Source: Dictyostelium discoideum
Lineage: Eukaryota
Assembly: GCA_000004695.1 (NCBI GenBank)
Contig: CM000151.3
Span: forward strand, 160,001-224,000
Direction of reading: 5' to 3'
DNA length: 64,000 nt
Notes under the pieces: generated by a model
Seen by the model: the letters and a program-made list of their open reading frames with translations, nothing else
The model's database searches: none
Told to the model about the DNA's origin: nothing
Part shown: in pieces, positions 12,368-25,586 of the stretch
Layout: each line of letters begins with the position of its first letter
Numbering within the stretch: position 1 is the first letter of the stretch
Position numbers and translations under genes: made by a program

Positions 12368-13630
12368 TTTTTTTTTTTTTTTGAAAGTTTTTGTTAAATT
12401 TATAATAAATATAAAGAATGAATAAATAAATAATTAAATAAATAATAAAATTTATAATAAATTAATAAATTAATAAATAAATTGTTAATTGATTTGTTTT
12501 GATTTAATGAAAAATAAAAATTAAAATGATTTCTTTTTATAGTTAAAAAAATTAATTAAAAAAATAAAAAATAATTTTAAAAATTATTAATAATAAATAA
12601 AATTTATTAAAACAATATAAAATAAAAATAAAAATAATTTGAAATAATTAAATTTCCCTTTTTGGATGGTACTTTAATATAAGTTGCCCCAAATTACAAC
12701 ACCTTTATTTAAGTTTTTTGTGTTTTCTTTTAATTCGCACATGATTGAATTTTTTTTTTCCAATCAATAATAATTATCTTCATTGAAATGACCAATAATA
12801 AAAAAAAATAAAAAAAAAATCCTTTTTTGGTACTCTCCTATAAAATTAGCATACATAAAATTTATTATGGTGTAATTATTATTATTATTATTTTTATTAT
12901 TTTTATTTTTTCAAAATTTTATAATAAAAAATTTGATCTATAATCTAAAATAAATAAAATTACCATTTTCAATTTGGTGTATTGTTAGTGTTTACTTATT
13001 TTAATGTTTATTAATTATTTATTGAAAAGCGATAACTTCAATCACCACATATCTCCATATACAATCACCTATATGTTCTAATTAATTAAAAAAAAAAAAA
13101 AAAAACAAAAAAAAACTATTTAAAATTTTAAAAAAGGTTGAGATTGTTTGCCAAAGGTGGTCCAAATATTGTATGTTTTTCTTTTAATAATAAGAATAAC
13201 AATTCTTTTTATTATAATTTTTTTTATATATTGAAAAAAAAAACAAATGATTATATTAATATTCTCAACACAAAAAGGTATTCAACCATTTAAACTTTTA
13301 TTATAAACCGATTGTTTGAATTTTTTTTTTTTTTTTTTTATTAAGAAAATATATAAAAAAAAATAATCACAATTGAATAAGATAATAAACCCATTATTTA
13401 AGTCAAACTCTTTTTTTTTAAAAAAAATAATATATTAAAATAAAAAATAATAATAAATAAAAAGAAGAGAAATTATTTGGTGAGTTTATTATTATTTTTT
13501 ATTTTTAGGTTCGTTTAATCTATTAATATGTGATTGTTTTTTTTTTTTTTTGTGAATTAAAAATTGGTCAACAAAAAAAAAAACAACAAACCCTGTTTTT
13601 TTATCACATCATTTCATTTTAAATCCTATC

Positions 13631-13671
<41 letters not shown>

Positions 13672-14371
13672 CCAATCCATTTTTTATAAAAAAAAATTGT
13701 GGTTATTAAATGATAGTTACTTATTTTTTAAAAAAAAAATTAAAAAAAAGAAAAAAATAATAAACCATTTTTCCAAATTTTGAAAATGTGGGGGAAATCT
13801 GTGGTGATGTTTATTTTTTAATGGTGTAGGTTTTTTTTTTTTTTTTTTTTATAATCTAGACGATATCTTCTAACCATATATGTTACTCATATACAAACTC
13901 ATAAAAATTATGATAAAAAGACATAAAGTGGAATCTTAAAAATGATCATAGATTATTTTTTTTTTTTTTTTTTTATTTTAATTTATATTTTTTTGAATTT
14001 AAAAAAAAACACTTAATAAACCTTGGTGTGATTTTCACTTTTTTTTTATTTTATTTTAAAAAAAAAAGATTGGAAAAATATTAATGGGTTTCCATTGGTG
14101 ATAATTTTCTTTTCTTTTTTTTTTTTTAAAAAGATATTTTAATTATAATATTACTATTATTATTTTACATAATATCTTTGGAAATTTTTTAAAAATAATT
14201 AAAAAAAAAAAAAAACAATATCTTCATTAAAAAAAAAAAAATCCAATCCAAATATCAACAAATAAATTATTACAAGTTACTAGTTTTTTTTTTTTTTTTA
14301 ATTATTTATTTTTTATTTTTTTTTTTATTTTTTTATTTTTTTTTTTACTTGTATATATGTATGTTATTTTT

Positions 14372-14406
<35 letters not shown>

Positions 14407-14412
14407 CTTAAA

Positions 14413-16141
14413 TTATTTCTTTTGTTTTTTTTTCATTGGTTGAGAATCTTCTTTTGTTGATTTCTTTTCAGTTGATTTCTTATCAGTTGACTTTTTATCT
14501 GTTGATTTTTTATCTGTTGATTTTTTATCTGTTGATTTTTTATCTGTTGATTTATTATCAGTTGATTTTTTAGTTGTATCTTTTTTGTTATTATTATCAT
14601 TTGATTTTTTATCTGAATCTTTTTTATTTTTTTTTGATTTTTCATCAACATCTTGGAAAATTTCATCAACAACTTCCATATCATCTTCAACCTTTTTCTT
14701 TGGTTTACTTTTATTTTTATTATCAATTTTTGAATCTGTTGATTTATTTTTTCTATCTTGTTTTGATTGTTCAATTCTTTCAATGATTTCCTGTTTTGAT
14801 TTCTCTTTATTTGATTGTCTCTCTTTTTGTTGAGTTTCTTTCTTTTGTTGTTTTTCTAATTTCTTTTGTTTTTCAGATTCAAAGATTTCATTATTTTCCA
14901 AACCAAGTGATAAAAGAATCTTTTTGGAGGTATCTTTAATATTTTGTTTATTATTGAGTTTATAAAGACGACATAATGTTGATTCTAATAATTTACAAGA
15001 TTCTGAACCCAATTTATTTGATAAACTGGTACTATCACCACTATTTGATGATTTAATAATTTGTAAACATGAGAAAATAATTTGATTGATAATATTTAAA
15101 TGATCAAAAATTGAATTTGGTTTCAATTGTTTTTCTTTACCATTTAATGAATTACAAAGAGTAGTTAAAATATCGGAAGCATTATTTAAGAGATTCTTAC
15201 CACTTGTACCATAAGAATCTTTTCTCTTTACAATGGATGATAAAACATCTAAAATCTTCTTTGAATTATAATCATTTTGAGGTGATTCAATGATAGTTGT
15301 AACCTTTTTAATTGATGCCCAAATTACAGTTGGGAATCTTTGAGCAAACTCTGTAAAGAATCTTGATGGTACGATATTATTACGATCTAATAAACATTCA
15401 ATAATTGAATCTAATTTAGTTGAAAATAATTTAATATCTAATGAACCATATTCTGAAGGTGTTGGTTGTTCAACAACAACATTGTTGTTTGTAGTTGATT
15501 TAGTTGATTTAGTTGATTTCTTTGATGGAGTTTGTTGAACAGCAACAGTGGCAACTGGTGGTTTAATTGATAATAAAACTCTAACAATCATATAAATTGC
15601 ATGACCAGATAAAATATAAGCAGAGGAATTATTATTTTGTTGTTCTTTATCTTTTGAAGAACCAGTATGTTTTGAAGAGAGAATTGTATCGAATAAGGAT
15701 GATAATAATTGATTCAATTCTTGAACATTTACAGATTTATCAGTAGTTGTACGAATTTGTGAGAATTTATTCTTAAATAAACTAATGAAACGATTAGAGA
15801 TTGATGGTTCATCAAAGGAGGTTGCTTCAATCATTAATGGAATCATCTTAAAGATGTATTCATTTGGATTTGTAATGAATTTCTTTACATAAGATTCTAA
15901 TAAATCGATTAAACGTGATTTCAAATTAATAGTTTGAGTTTTAATATCTTGATAATTACTCTTCTTTTCTTTTTTACTCTTAAAAACTTCTTTCAAATAA
16001 TTATCCATCATTTTAGCTTCTTCTTCAGTTGGTTCAAGTAAATCTTCATCTTCATCATCTTCATCTAATAATAAATGTTTACCCATTGTTTGTTTTAATC
16101 TTGCAACTAATTCTGGATTAACTGAATTATCATCATCAGAA

Positions 16142-16176
<35 letters not shown>

Positions 16177-18123
16177 CTCTTCATCATCTTCTTCATCTTC
16201 ATCGTCTGAATTTTCTTTTGATTGTTTTAATTCTTCAGGTGAAATTGGTTTAAATTCATCATCATCTTCATTATCTTCGTCATCATCACCATTACCATCT
16301 AAACCATTAAATAATTCATCAGTTGGTGCTTTAATCATTGTAAGAATATGTTCGAGTACTTGGAAAGAGATATTATCAGCAAAGATTGAAAATATTTGTT
16401 TAATAATTGTACGTAAGATATGAATTGGTTTATCTAATAATGAGATTAAAACATCTAAAAGTACCATAAATGGTTGAGGTTTATCTTGTTCTGGTGCTGA
16501 TCTTTTTTTAGTTGTTGATTTTTGTGGTGGTTGTGGATTTGTTAATTCTTCAAAAGCAGATGTTAAATCTTCAATAATTTCAGAGATTTCTTGTGCATCA
16601 GTAAGATAATGTAATGAAACATGAACGAATAATAATTCAAAGCCAACCAATTGATTTAATCTTTTTTCAGCAGATTTTTGTTTTAATTGAATTGATTGAA
16701 CGATTTTCATAATTCTATCAATTGGTTTAATACCCATTGGTAAAAAGGTTGACAATTGTGGTCTATCTGAATCGGTTGAACCTTTTTTTAATAAATCGTA
16801 TTGGAAACTTGCCATTTTAGAAGCCCAGAATTCACCATTACTCATTGTACCTTCATATGATGTAGTTTGTTGTTTAGTTGATTCTAAAGTAAGGTATGAA
16901 AGTTCCTCTAAAACTGAACAAAATCTAATGAAACATTGATCTCTAATTGATTGAGAAATCTCTGATTTTGGTTTACTTGTGAATAATTCTTCTGTAAAAG
17001 TTTTAACTGGAGCAGCAACGACAGCAGCAGTAACTTTCTTTTTACCTTTAGTAACTGGAGTGGCGGTAGCAACGGCAGCAACTGGTTTTGATTCACATGT
17101 TAAATAATAAGAATGGAAATAAAGGAATTGTAATAATTCTAATAACATTGGCTCTAATTTAATTAAACTTTCAGTTGGACGTTTAACTAAATCTTTTGAA
17201 ATGTGACCGATTTGACTTAAAATCCAATGTCTAGATGAATCAATATATTTCTCTGATTTCTCTTCATTATTCATTTCATCAATTACCATATCATCTTCAT
17301 CTTCATTATTACTATTATTATTACTATTATCATTTGATGATGATGATGATGAAGAAACTACATTAATAAATAATTTATATAATGAATTTAAATAAATTTT
17401 AATTGAATCTTCATCTAAATCTTTAACTAATTCATTAATTACATCGACTGAAATTGATTGTTCGAATTTTTGTTTTTGTTGTTGTTGATTTTGTGGATTT
17501 TGGTTATGATGATGTGAATTATTTGAAAAGAATAAAATTAATGCTAAACGATGTTGTGATGAAATCTCTGCTGTTCTTGGAATTGATTGGAATGCTAATG
17601 AACCAACTTCATGTAATGGACTAGTTGGTTTTAATGATTCACTTAAATTTGCAATAACATTTTCACTAAAAATATCATTAATAATATCTGGATGTACTAA
17701 TGGTAATAACATTTCAAATAATTGTAATCCTAAATATCTCTTATTCATTGATGTTGTTTTAAATAAATTATCTTTTAAAAAAAAAAAAGAATTAATAAAT
17801 TTAATTATAAGAAAAAATAATAATAAATAAATAAATAAATAAAAAATTAACAAACTTACCTTCAACTATTAATTTCCAAAATTCTAATAATGTTGCATTT
17901 TCTTCATGATCAGCCAATAAAATTTCAAATGTAATTCTCCAAACTTTATGAATTCTTGGATGAGATTTACAAGATTCACTAAAAATATTTTTTAATAAAC
18001 TTAAATTTGAAATATTTAAAATACTTGGATGTTTCCAACCAACAGTTTGTTTAATTAAATTGAATTTCTAAAAAAATAAAAAAAAATAAAAAAAAGAATT
18101 AATAAATATTATTATTATTATTA

Positions 18124-18154
<31 letters not shown>

Positions 18155-19109
18155 ATAATTTTATATATATATATATATATAAACTTACTTTAAATTTTTT
18201 AGAAATTAATAATAATAATGATAATAAATCTGGTGTATATTCATCTTGAGATTGTGGAATTATTGGTTTAATGAATGGCCAAAGTTTATCAAAATTTGAA
18301 TCTGATAATTGTTCGAATAAGGAAGATAAGATTTCAAAAGATAATTCAGAATAGATTGATCTCTTTTTTGAAATGTATAATAATTGTTCAACTATACATT
18401 CAATCATATTTTCAGATGGCGGACGATTGAAATCGTAATTGATAGATTTTGAAGGTTGATTTTGAATAATTGGTAAACCTTCCAAACGAGATGATCTAAT
18501 GATTGACATCATACCGAATAAACGACCAAAATGAGATTCCTTCTCTGAAAGATTCTTTCCACTTAAATCCATATGAAAAGCAAGAAAATCGAAAAACCAT
18601 GGTAATTCAATCACTTGTTTAAAACTATGTAATATCTCTGATAATGCCATTGAAAAACCAATACGTGCTGAATCTCTTGTACTTGCTAAACCAATTACTA
18701 ATCTCTTTAATGTATAATTTAATTCTGGTGATAAATTATTATTAAAAATTTCAGATTTTTCAATAATTTTTGGAACTAAATAAAAAAATAAATAAAAAAT
18801 AAAAAAATAAATAAATTAGTATTATTATTTTTTTATTTATTTATTTATTTAAAATTATATTAATAATAATAATTTACCAATTCTTGAAATATCTTTATGA
18901 TCTTCTGGTTTAAAAACTGATTGAATTTCTTCTAATGTTTGAACTAATGTTGTAATTGATTGTAAACGAGTTTCATTATCCATTGAAGCGATATCATAGA
19001 AACATTGTAAAATGGCATCTTTTTTCTTGATCTCAATATTTAATGCATCTAATGGTGTAACAACACCATTATTATTGGTTGTTGTCACTTCTACTGTTGA
19101 GGTAGTCAT
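14413..19109 (-). CDS. DNA polymerase V / Pol5 / MYBBP1A-family nucleolar protein
   Basis: Four-exon model complement(join(14413..17771,17860..18067,18189..18775,18878..19109)), about 1461 aa. Donors are GTAAAT (18877), GTAAGT (18188) and GTAAGT (17859). Spliced exon 2 gives RLVIGLASTRDSARIGFSMALSEIL, matching yeast Pol5 RLIKGLSSDRNSARLGFSLCLTEVI. ESHFGRLFGMM matches ERGILFGKLFGL. Exon 3 HPRIHKVWRITFEILL matches NPRLHFVWSVLLPLF. A long acidic tract (DDEDEEDDEEEEEEEEEEEEEDSDDD) and a Lys-rich C-terminus with (KKSTD)n repeats are typical of the family. Confidence 0.8.
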
Positions 19110-19176
19110 CTCTTTATTTGAATTTTATTATATATAAATAGAGAGGAGTGAGATGAAAACACGCCAAATAATTTAG

Positions 19177-19216
<40 letters not shown>

Positions 19217-19518
19217 AAAAAAAAACGAAAGAAACTTTCGGTTTATTCGATAAAAAAAAAAAAAATAAAAAAAAAATAAAAAAAAAAAATAAAAATAAAA
19301 ATGAAAAAAAAAAAAATAGAAAATAAAAAAAAAAAATAAAAAACAAATAAAAATAATAAAAAATAAATGCATATGCAAAAAAAAAAGACACACCACATTT
19401 ATTTTTTTGATTTTTTTATTTCTCTATATTTTAAAATACAATTTTATTTTTATTTTTATTTTTACTATTTAATTTACAATTTATAAATTATTTGTTATTT
19501 TATTTTATTTTATTTTAT

Positions 19519-20598
19519 TTATTCATCAGATTTAATTATTAAAGTTTCACCAATTTTACTAACACAAAATTCATTTTCTTTTAATCCAAGTTTTTGAGAT
19601 TCTTTAATTAGTAATTGTGGTGGTTCTAATATTGGTTCTGATGATAATAGATAAGTACCCCAATGAATACCAAAACTCTTTTTTGAGTTTAATTCTTTAT
19701 GAATTCTAACAGCTTCTTCAACATTGATATGACAAGATCTCATAAATTCTCTATTTAAATCGTATGCACCAATTGCAATTAAACTAAAATCAAATGGACC
19801 ATAATAATGAGAGATTTGTTTAAATAGTTGATCATGATCCGCTGTATCACCACTAAAATAAAATCTTTTATTCTTTCCAACCACACACCAACTACCCCAA
19901 AGATACTTATTACGATCAAACATACCTCTTTGTGATGAATGATTTGCTGGTGTATAAATTAATTTTAAACAATTATCATCATTATCATTATTTTTGGTAG
20001 TGGTAGTAGTATTTGTGGTAGTGTGGTGATAATGATTAATTTCATCCCACCAATTTAATTCAGTTACATTTTTAATTGAAGCAGATTGAAACCATACTTT
20101 TAAACCTTTTGGTACATAGAAATGACAATTTGGGAAAAGTTTTGAAATTTCAACAACTGCATCATAATCTAAATGATCGTAATGTGCATGACTAATGATT
20201 ACGAAATCTAATGTCGGTGGTAATTCTTTGATTGAACATGCTGGATCTCTGTATCTGTGTGGTCCAAATGGTAGATTTGGAATTGGTGTACATCTTTTAC
20301 TCCAAACTGGGTCAGTGATAAATGTAAATCCTTCCATTTGAATTAAACATGTTGAATGTCCAATCCAGGTCGACCTAATTGTAGTCTCTTTATCGTATTC
20401 TGAATTTATTAAATTAAAATCTGGTTTTAAAACTGGATGAATCTCTGTTTTTTCATATTCTGTTAATGGTAATATCTTTGGTCTTTTTGTTATATAATTC
20501 CATACATCTTTTGGTGATTTCTTTTCTTCATGATTAAAAAAATCTGAAAATGGGTTAATAAATCTACCATCTTCAAATATTGATAATGTTTTCTCCAT
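19519..20598 (-). CDS. N-acyl-phosphatidylethanolamine-hydrolysing phospholipase D (NAPE-PLD), metallo-beta-lactamase fold
   Basis: 359-aa single-exon ORF. WIGHSTCLIQMEGFTFITDP...LDFVIISHAHYDHLDYDAV...LWGSWCVVGKNKRFYFSGDT...FDFSLIAIGAY...VEEAVRIHKELNSKKSFGIHWGT aligns across the full length to mammalian NAPE-PLD, including the HxHxDH zinc motif. Confidence 0.85.
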   Translation of the reverse strand: MEKTLSIFEDGRFINPFSDFFNHEEKKSPKDVWNYITKRPKILPLTEYEKTEIHPVLKPDFNLINSEYDKETTIRSTWIGHSTCLIQMEGFTFITDPVWSKRCTPIPNLPFGPHRYRDPACSIKELPPTLDFVIISHAHYDHLDYDAVVEISKLFPNCHFYVPKGLKVWFQSASIKNVTELNWWDEINHYHHTTTNTTTTTKNNDNDDNCLKLIYTPANHSSQRGMFDRNKYLWGSWCVVGKNKRFYFSGDTADHDQLFKQISHYYGPFDFSLIAIGAYDLNREFMRSCHINVEEAVRIHKELNSKKSFGIHWGTYLLSSEPILEPPQLLIKESQKLGLKENEFCVSKIGETLIIKSDE

Positions 20599-21274
20599 AA
20601 TTAATTAAATAAATAAATAAATATTATGTTAAAAATTTATTTTTGTTATTGTTATTGTTTTTAAAAAATTAAAATTAAAATTAAAATTAAAAAAAAAAAA
20701 TAAATTAAAAAAAAAAAAAAAAAAAATAAAAAATAAAAAAAAAAAAAAAAAAAAAAATTAGATTTGAGATTTGAAATGAATTGCGTGTCTTTTTATTTGT
20801 CGACATAAATTAAATTTTTCAAAAAAAAAAAAAAAAAAAAAAAAGAATTATGTCATCAAAAATAACACCCACTTGTTATTATTATTTTAAAAAAAAAAAA
20901 AAAGAGAGAAAAAAAAGAAATAATTTGTTTATATCTTCTTACATTTTTTGAATTTACAAAAGGGTGCACTATACTTTTTGAAATTTTTTTTTTTGAAAAA
21001 TTTTTTAAAAAATTTGTCAATGTTGCTATTTTTAAAAGTCGATCCATTGCCAAAGATATTTTTAATCCCCAAAAAAAAAAGTTTTTTCTGCCTTGATAGG
21101 AGGTTTTAAAAAATAAAATAAAAACAATTTTTTTTTTTTTTTTTTTCCACAAAAAAACATAAAAAAAAAAAAAAATAAAAAAAAAAAAATAAAAAAAAAA
21201 AAAAATAAAAAAATTGAGAATTATTTACCACCGATAAAAATAAAAAATAAAAAAAATAAAAATAAAAAAAAAAT

Positions 21275-21835
21275 ATGGTGGAAATTAAAATTAGAAATGT
21301 GAATGAAAATGATATAAAAGAGATTACAAATATTTATAAACATTATGTTTTAAATGAAGTTTGTACATTTGAAGAAGAGGTACCAAGTGAAGAAGAGATG
21401 AATAAAAGAAGGTCAATTATTGTTGATAAGAATTTCCCTTACATTGTTGCAACAACAACTACAACCACAACAACAATAATAAAGGATGGAGCAAATGATA
21501 TCACTAAAGAAATTGTTATCGGATATGCATATGCATCATCATTTAGACCAAGAGCAGCATACAGATTCACAGTTGAGGATAGTATTTATATTGATATTAA
21601 TTATCAAAAGTTAGGTGTTGGTTCAATATTATTAAAAGAATTAATTTCACAATGTAAAGAAAAAGGTTTTAAAGAAATTATTGCAGTCATTGCTGCTGGT
21701 GGACCAAACCAAGTTGGCGGTTCCTCAATTAAATTACATAAAAAATTTGGTTTCGATAATCAACACACTTTAAAGAATGTTGGTTACAAATTTAATCAAT
21801 TTTTAGATACTGTTTCACTTCAATTATCATTATAA
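21275..21835 (+). CDS. GNAT-family N-acetyltransferase (phosphinothricin/L-amino-acid acetyltransferase-like)
   Basis: 186-aa ORF. IRNVNENDIKEITNIYKHYV...VGYAYASSFRPRAAYRFTVEDSIYIDINYQKLGVGSILLKELI...GFKEIIAVIA is a typical acetyl-CoA binding core (Q/RxxGxG/A). A poly-Thr insertion is present. Confidence 0.75.
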   Translation: MVEIKIRNVNENDIKEITNIYKHYVLNEVCTFEEEVPSEEEMNKRRSIIVDKNFPYIVATTTTTTTTIIKDGANDITKEIVIGYAYASSFRPRAAYRFTVEDSIYIDINYQKLGVGSILLKELISQCKEKGFKEIIAVIAAGGPNQVGGSSIKLHKKFGFDNQHTLKNVGYKFNQFLDTVSLQLSL

Positions 21836-22139
21836 TTTATAAAAAAATAATTAAAATAATAAAATTTTAAAAAAAAAAACTTTTTTTTTTTGTGAACAAG
21901 CACTTTGGCAAAAAAAAAAAAAAAAAAAAAAAATTTGACCCATAAACCCACACAAACACTAAAATCAAAAAAAAAAAAAAAAGATATAATTTTTATTTTT
22001 ATTTATTTATTTATTATTTTTTATTTTATTACTATTAAAAAAATGGAATTATTTTTTTAAAGTATGGAATGATATATATTTAAAACAATTAACATGTTGA
22101 ATTATTTAATTTATATAATGAAATTATAATTGAAAGTAG

Positions 22140-23107
22140 AAATGAATTATTAAATTTTATAAATAAAGAATATGTTAATTCAATTATATATTGTGGTAGA
22201 GGGAAATTATTTAAAATTGATTTCTTTGGGTATAATAATTAGAGAATATTCAATATAAATCAATTAATAATCAAGTACCAAATGGAATCAAACAATTAAT
22301 ATTACCAACTCATGATAATTTTAATTATAATTTATCATTATTACCAATTCAATTACATCAATAATAAATTTAAATTTATATCCAAATATCAATAATTATC
22401 AATAATAATAAAAATAATTTACTTTCAATTCCAAATAATATTAAGTCATTAGTTATTTTTGATAATAAAGTTTATAATAGCTATAATTATAATAATAATA
22501 ATAATAATAGTGAATTAAATTTAATAAATTTAATAAAATATAATTGTAATTTAGAATTTATTAAAGTAACTAATTCATATGGTTATTTTAGAGAATTACA
22601 AGTTAATGATTTTACAATGTTTTATAAAATTAAAAGTATTGAATATACCATATTTATTTATTGTGATACTAGTGAAAATCATTCAAATAGATTCAATAGG
22701 TTTACCAAATTCAGTTACAGATTTAAACCTCTTTTCATTAATAACTTTAAATGTATGTAAAGTATTATTAATTGATAATAAAGCACCATCTTCAATTTCA
22801 ATATCATCTGAAATCTCTAAAATTTCTAATGATTTTGGTAAACTACCATTATTATTTTTAATTCTAATTGGTTCACCAATTAACCTTACCATTTAATACT
22901 ATTTGGAAATAATGGTGATTCATCACCACCACCACCACCACCACCACCAACACCAATATAATTATATTCATAATAATCTTCTTTTATTATATAATTAATC
23001 ATATTTTTACAATCAATTGATAATTTATTAATTGATGATGGTATTGAAAATTCTTCAAACATTCCATAATAAATTTTATTATTATTATTTCTACTACTAT
23101 AAAACAC
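22140..23107. pseudogene. degenerate FNIP-repeat-like coding remnants on both strands
   Basis: Plus-strand frames give IPNGIKQLILPTHDNFNYNLSLLPIQLHQ* (22240-22365) and ...LSIPNNIKSLVIFDNKVYNS...CNLEFIKVTNSYGYFRELQ... (22390-22760) with no start codon and with stops. Minus ORFs 22683..22892 (GSLPKSLEILEISDDIEIEDG) and 22886..23107 (PLFPNSIKW) are FNIP-like and in different frames. Confidence 0.3.
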
Positions 23108-23148
23108 TTAAAAAATCATTACCAACATCATTAAAAAGAATTATAATT

Positions 23149-23211
<63 letters not shown>

Positions 23212-23397
23212 TCAAGATCTTTTATAGTTGATAATTCAAATTTTAAAAGAATAATTAAACAATTAGAACGACTTCCAAATTCAATAAGAATAATAAATAA
23301 AAATAATTAATTTTTTTTTATTTTAAACAAATAATAAAAGATAGGTGTCCCATACCCAATTTAATCAAAAATTTATAAGAAAAAATTAAAAAAATTA

Positions 23398-23439
<42 letters not shown>

Positions 23440-23659
23440 AAATTTTATTTTTTATTTTTTTTATTTTTTTTTTTATTTTTTTTAAATTAAAAAAAGGCAA
23501 CTTCACAAAATTTTTTTTTTTTTTTTTTTTTTTTAATTTTTTAATTTTTTTTTTTAATATTTTCACATTTATATATACATCAACTTCTACTTTTTTTTTA
23601 AATTTTCAAAAAAAAAAACAAAAAAGTAAACAAATAAAAAAACAAATAAACAAAAAAAT

Positions 23660-25473
23660 ATGGTAAAGGTAAATGTTAAATGGAATAAAGAGAAATATGA
23701 AGTTGATGTTGACCCATCAGAACCAGTTTCAAGTTTTAAAGGTCAATTATATTCATTAACTATGGTTCCAATAGAAAGACAAAAAAGTAATATTTAAATA
23801 TATATATATATTTTTACTGTTGATAATTTAAAGCTAATTTTTTTTTTTTTTGTGTATTAATAAAATAAAGTTATGGGATTTAAAGGTGGAATTTTAAAAG
23901 ATGATGCACAATGGAAAGATTTAGATTTAACAGAAGGAAAGAATTTAATGTTAATGGGATCAGCAGTAGAATTAGAGAAACCAGATAAACCAATTGTATT
24001 CCTTGAAGATTTACCACCAAGTAAAGCTGCAGCACTTAATAGTTTATTACCAGCTGGTTTAACTAATCTTGGTAATACTTGTTATTTAAATTCAACTTTA
24101 CAATGTTTAAAAACTGTACCTGAATTATTAACAATTATTAAAAAGTAAGTTTTTTTAAATAAATACATAAATCAATTAAAAATTATAATAATTTATTAAT
24201 ATATTTATTATTATTTATTATTATTTTTACTATTTTTTTAGTTATAAACCAAAAACAAATTCAAGATATTCAAATTTATTAAAAAGTTCACAAGGTTTAT
24301 TTAATGATTTATCAAGATTACATGAACCAGTAACACCATCAGTATTTTTGAATACATTTAGAATGTGTTTCCCAAGATTTTCAGAAAAGAGTCCAGAAGG
24401 ATTATATATGCAACAAGATGCAGAGGAGGCTTGGGGTGAATTATTAACAGCCTATGCTCACGAGTTACCATTGGATAATGCAAATGGCACTGATTCACAT
24501 TCTGCCGATTTGATAAAGAGATCAATGATTGGTAAATTGTTTGGTATTCAAGTGGTTGAGAAATTCACTTGTAAAGATAATCCAGAGGAAGAACCAACCA
24601 CTAGAGAGGAAACACTTTTAAAATTAGCATGTAATATCACCGTTGAAACAAGTTACCTTTTCGATGGTCTTAAAAAAGGTTTAGAAGAAGAGATTTCAAA
24701 AGCTTCACCAACACTTCACAAAGATGCAATCTATACAAAGAAAACTTTAATTAAACAATTACCAAAATATATTATGGTTCAATTTGTTAGATTCCATTGG
24801 AAAGATGCAACAAAAACAAAATCAAAAATTGTTAGAGTAATGTTATTTTTCATTTTTATTTTTATTTTTATTTTAATATAACAAGTTTATTAATTTTTTA
24901 TATTAATTCTAATTTTTATTACTATTATAGGTTGTACAATTCCCATTTACTTTAGATTTATTCGATTTATGTACACCAGAATATAAAGAAAGATTATCAC
25001 CAAATAGAAAGAGAGTGGAAGATGAATTTAATGCATCACTTGAAAGAAAGAGAAAAGTTATTGGTGGTAGTGGTGATGGTAATGATGAAGATGATAAACA
25101 AGTTGAAAAGAAAGCAGCAGTTAATAATGATAATCAACCACAATCTTCAACTTCTTCAAATGATTCAGTTTCTACTACAGGGGCTGCTGTTGATGATGAT
25201 GTCTTTTTCAAAGAGAATGAAACTGGTAAATATGAATTATGTGCTGTTTTAACTCATCAAGGTAGATATGCTGAATCTGGTCATTATGTTGCTTGGGTTA
25301 AGAAATCTGAAAATAAATGGTATAAATTTGATGATCGTGATGTCACAGAACATACAGATGAAGATATTAAAAAACTTTCAGGTGGTGGTGATTTCCATAT
25401 TTGTTATTTAGCACTTTATAGAACTCTTACCGTAAAACCAAAATCTTCTTCAACAATTACTGAACAAAAATAA
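23660..25473 (+). CDS. ubiquitin carboxyl-terminal hydrolase 14 (USP14/Ubp6) homolog with N-terminal ubiquitin-like domain
   Basis: Four-exon model join(23660..23786,23871..24144,24242..24836,24931..25473). Donors are GTAATA, GTAAGT and GTAATG. Exon 1 MVKVNVKWNKEKYEVDVDPSEPVSSFKGQLYSLTMVPIERQK is the UBL domain. Then ...GLTNLGNTCYLNSTLQCL (Cys box), ...GLYMQQDAEEAW, ...IMVQFVRFHWK, ...AVLTHQGRYAESGHYVAWVK...FDDRDV...LSGGGDFHICYLALY (His box), collinear with human USP14. Confidence 0.85.
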
Positions 25474-25500
25474 AATAAAATTTTTAAAAAGTTCATATTA

Positions 25501-25562
<62 letters not shown>

Positions 25563-25586
25563 TATAATACAATACAATTTATAGTA

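Noticed and set aside
25416-25560. C-terminal 50 aa of ORF 25416..26735 including F(19)
   Set aside because: Poly-Phe comes from reading an A56 tract on the opposite strand. A GTAAAT donor precedes it, so this part is intronic or UTR, not coding.
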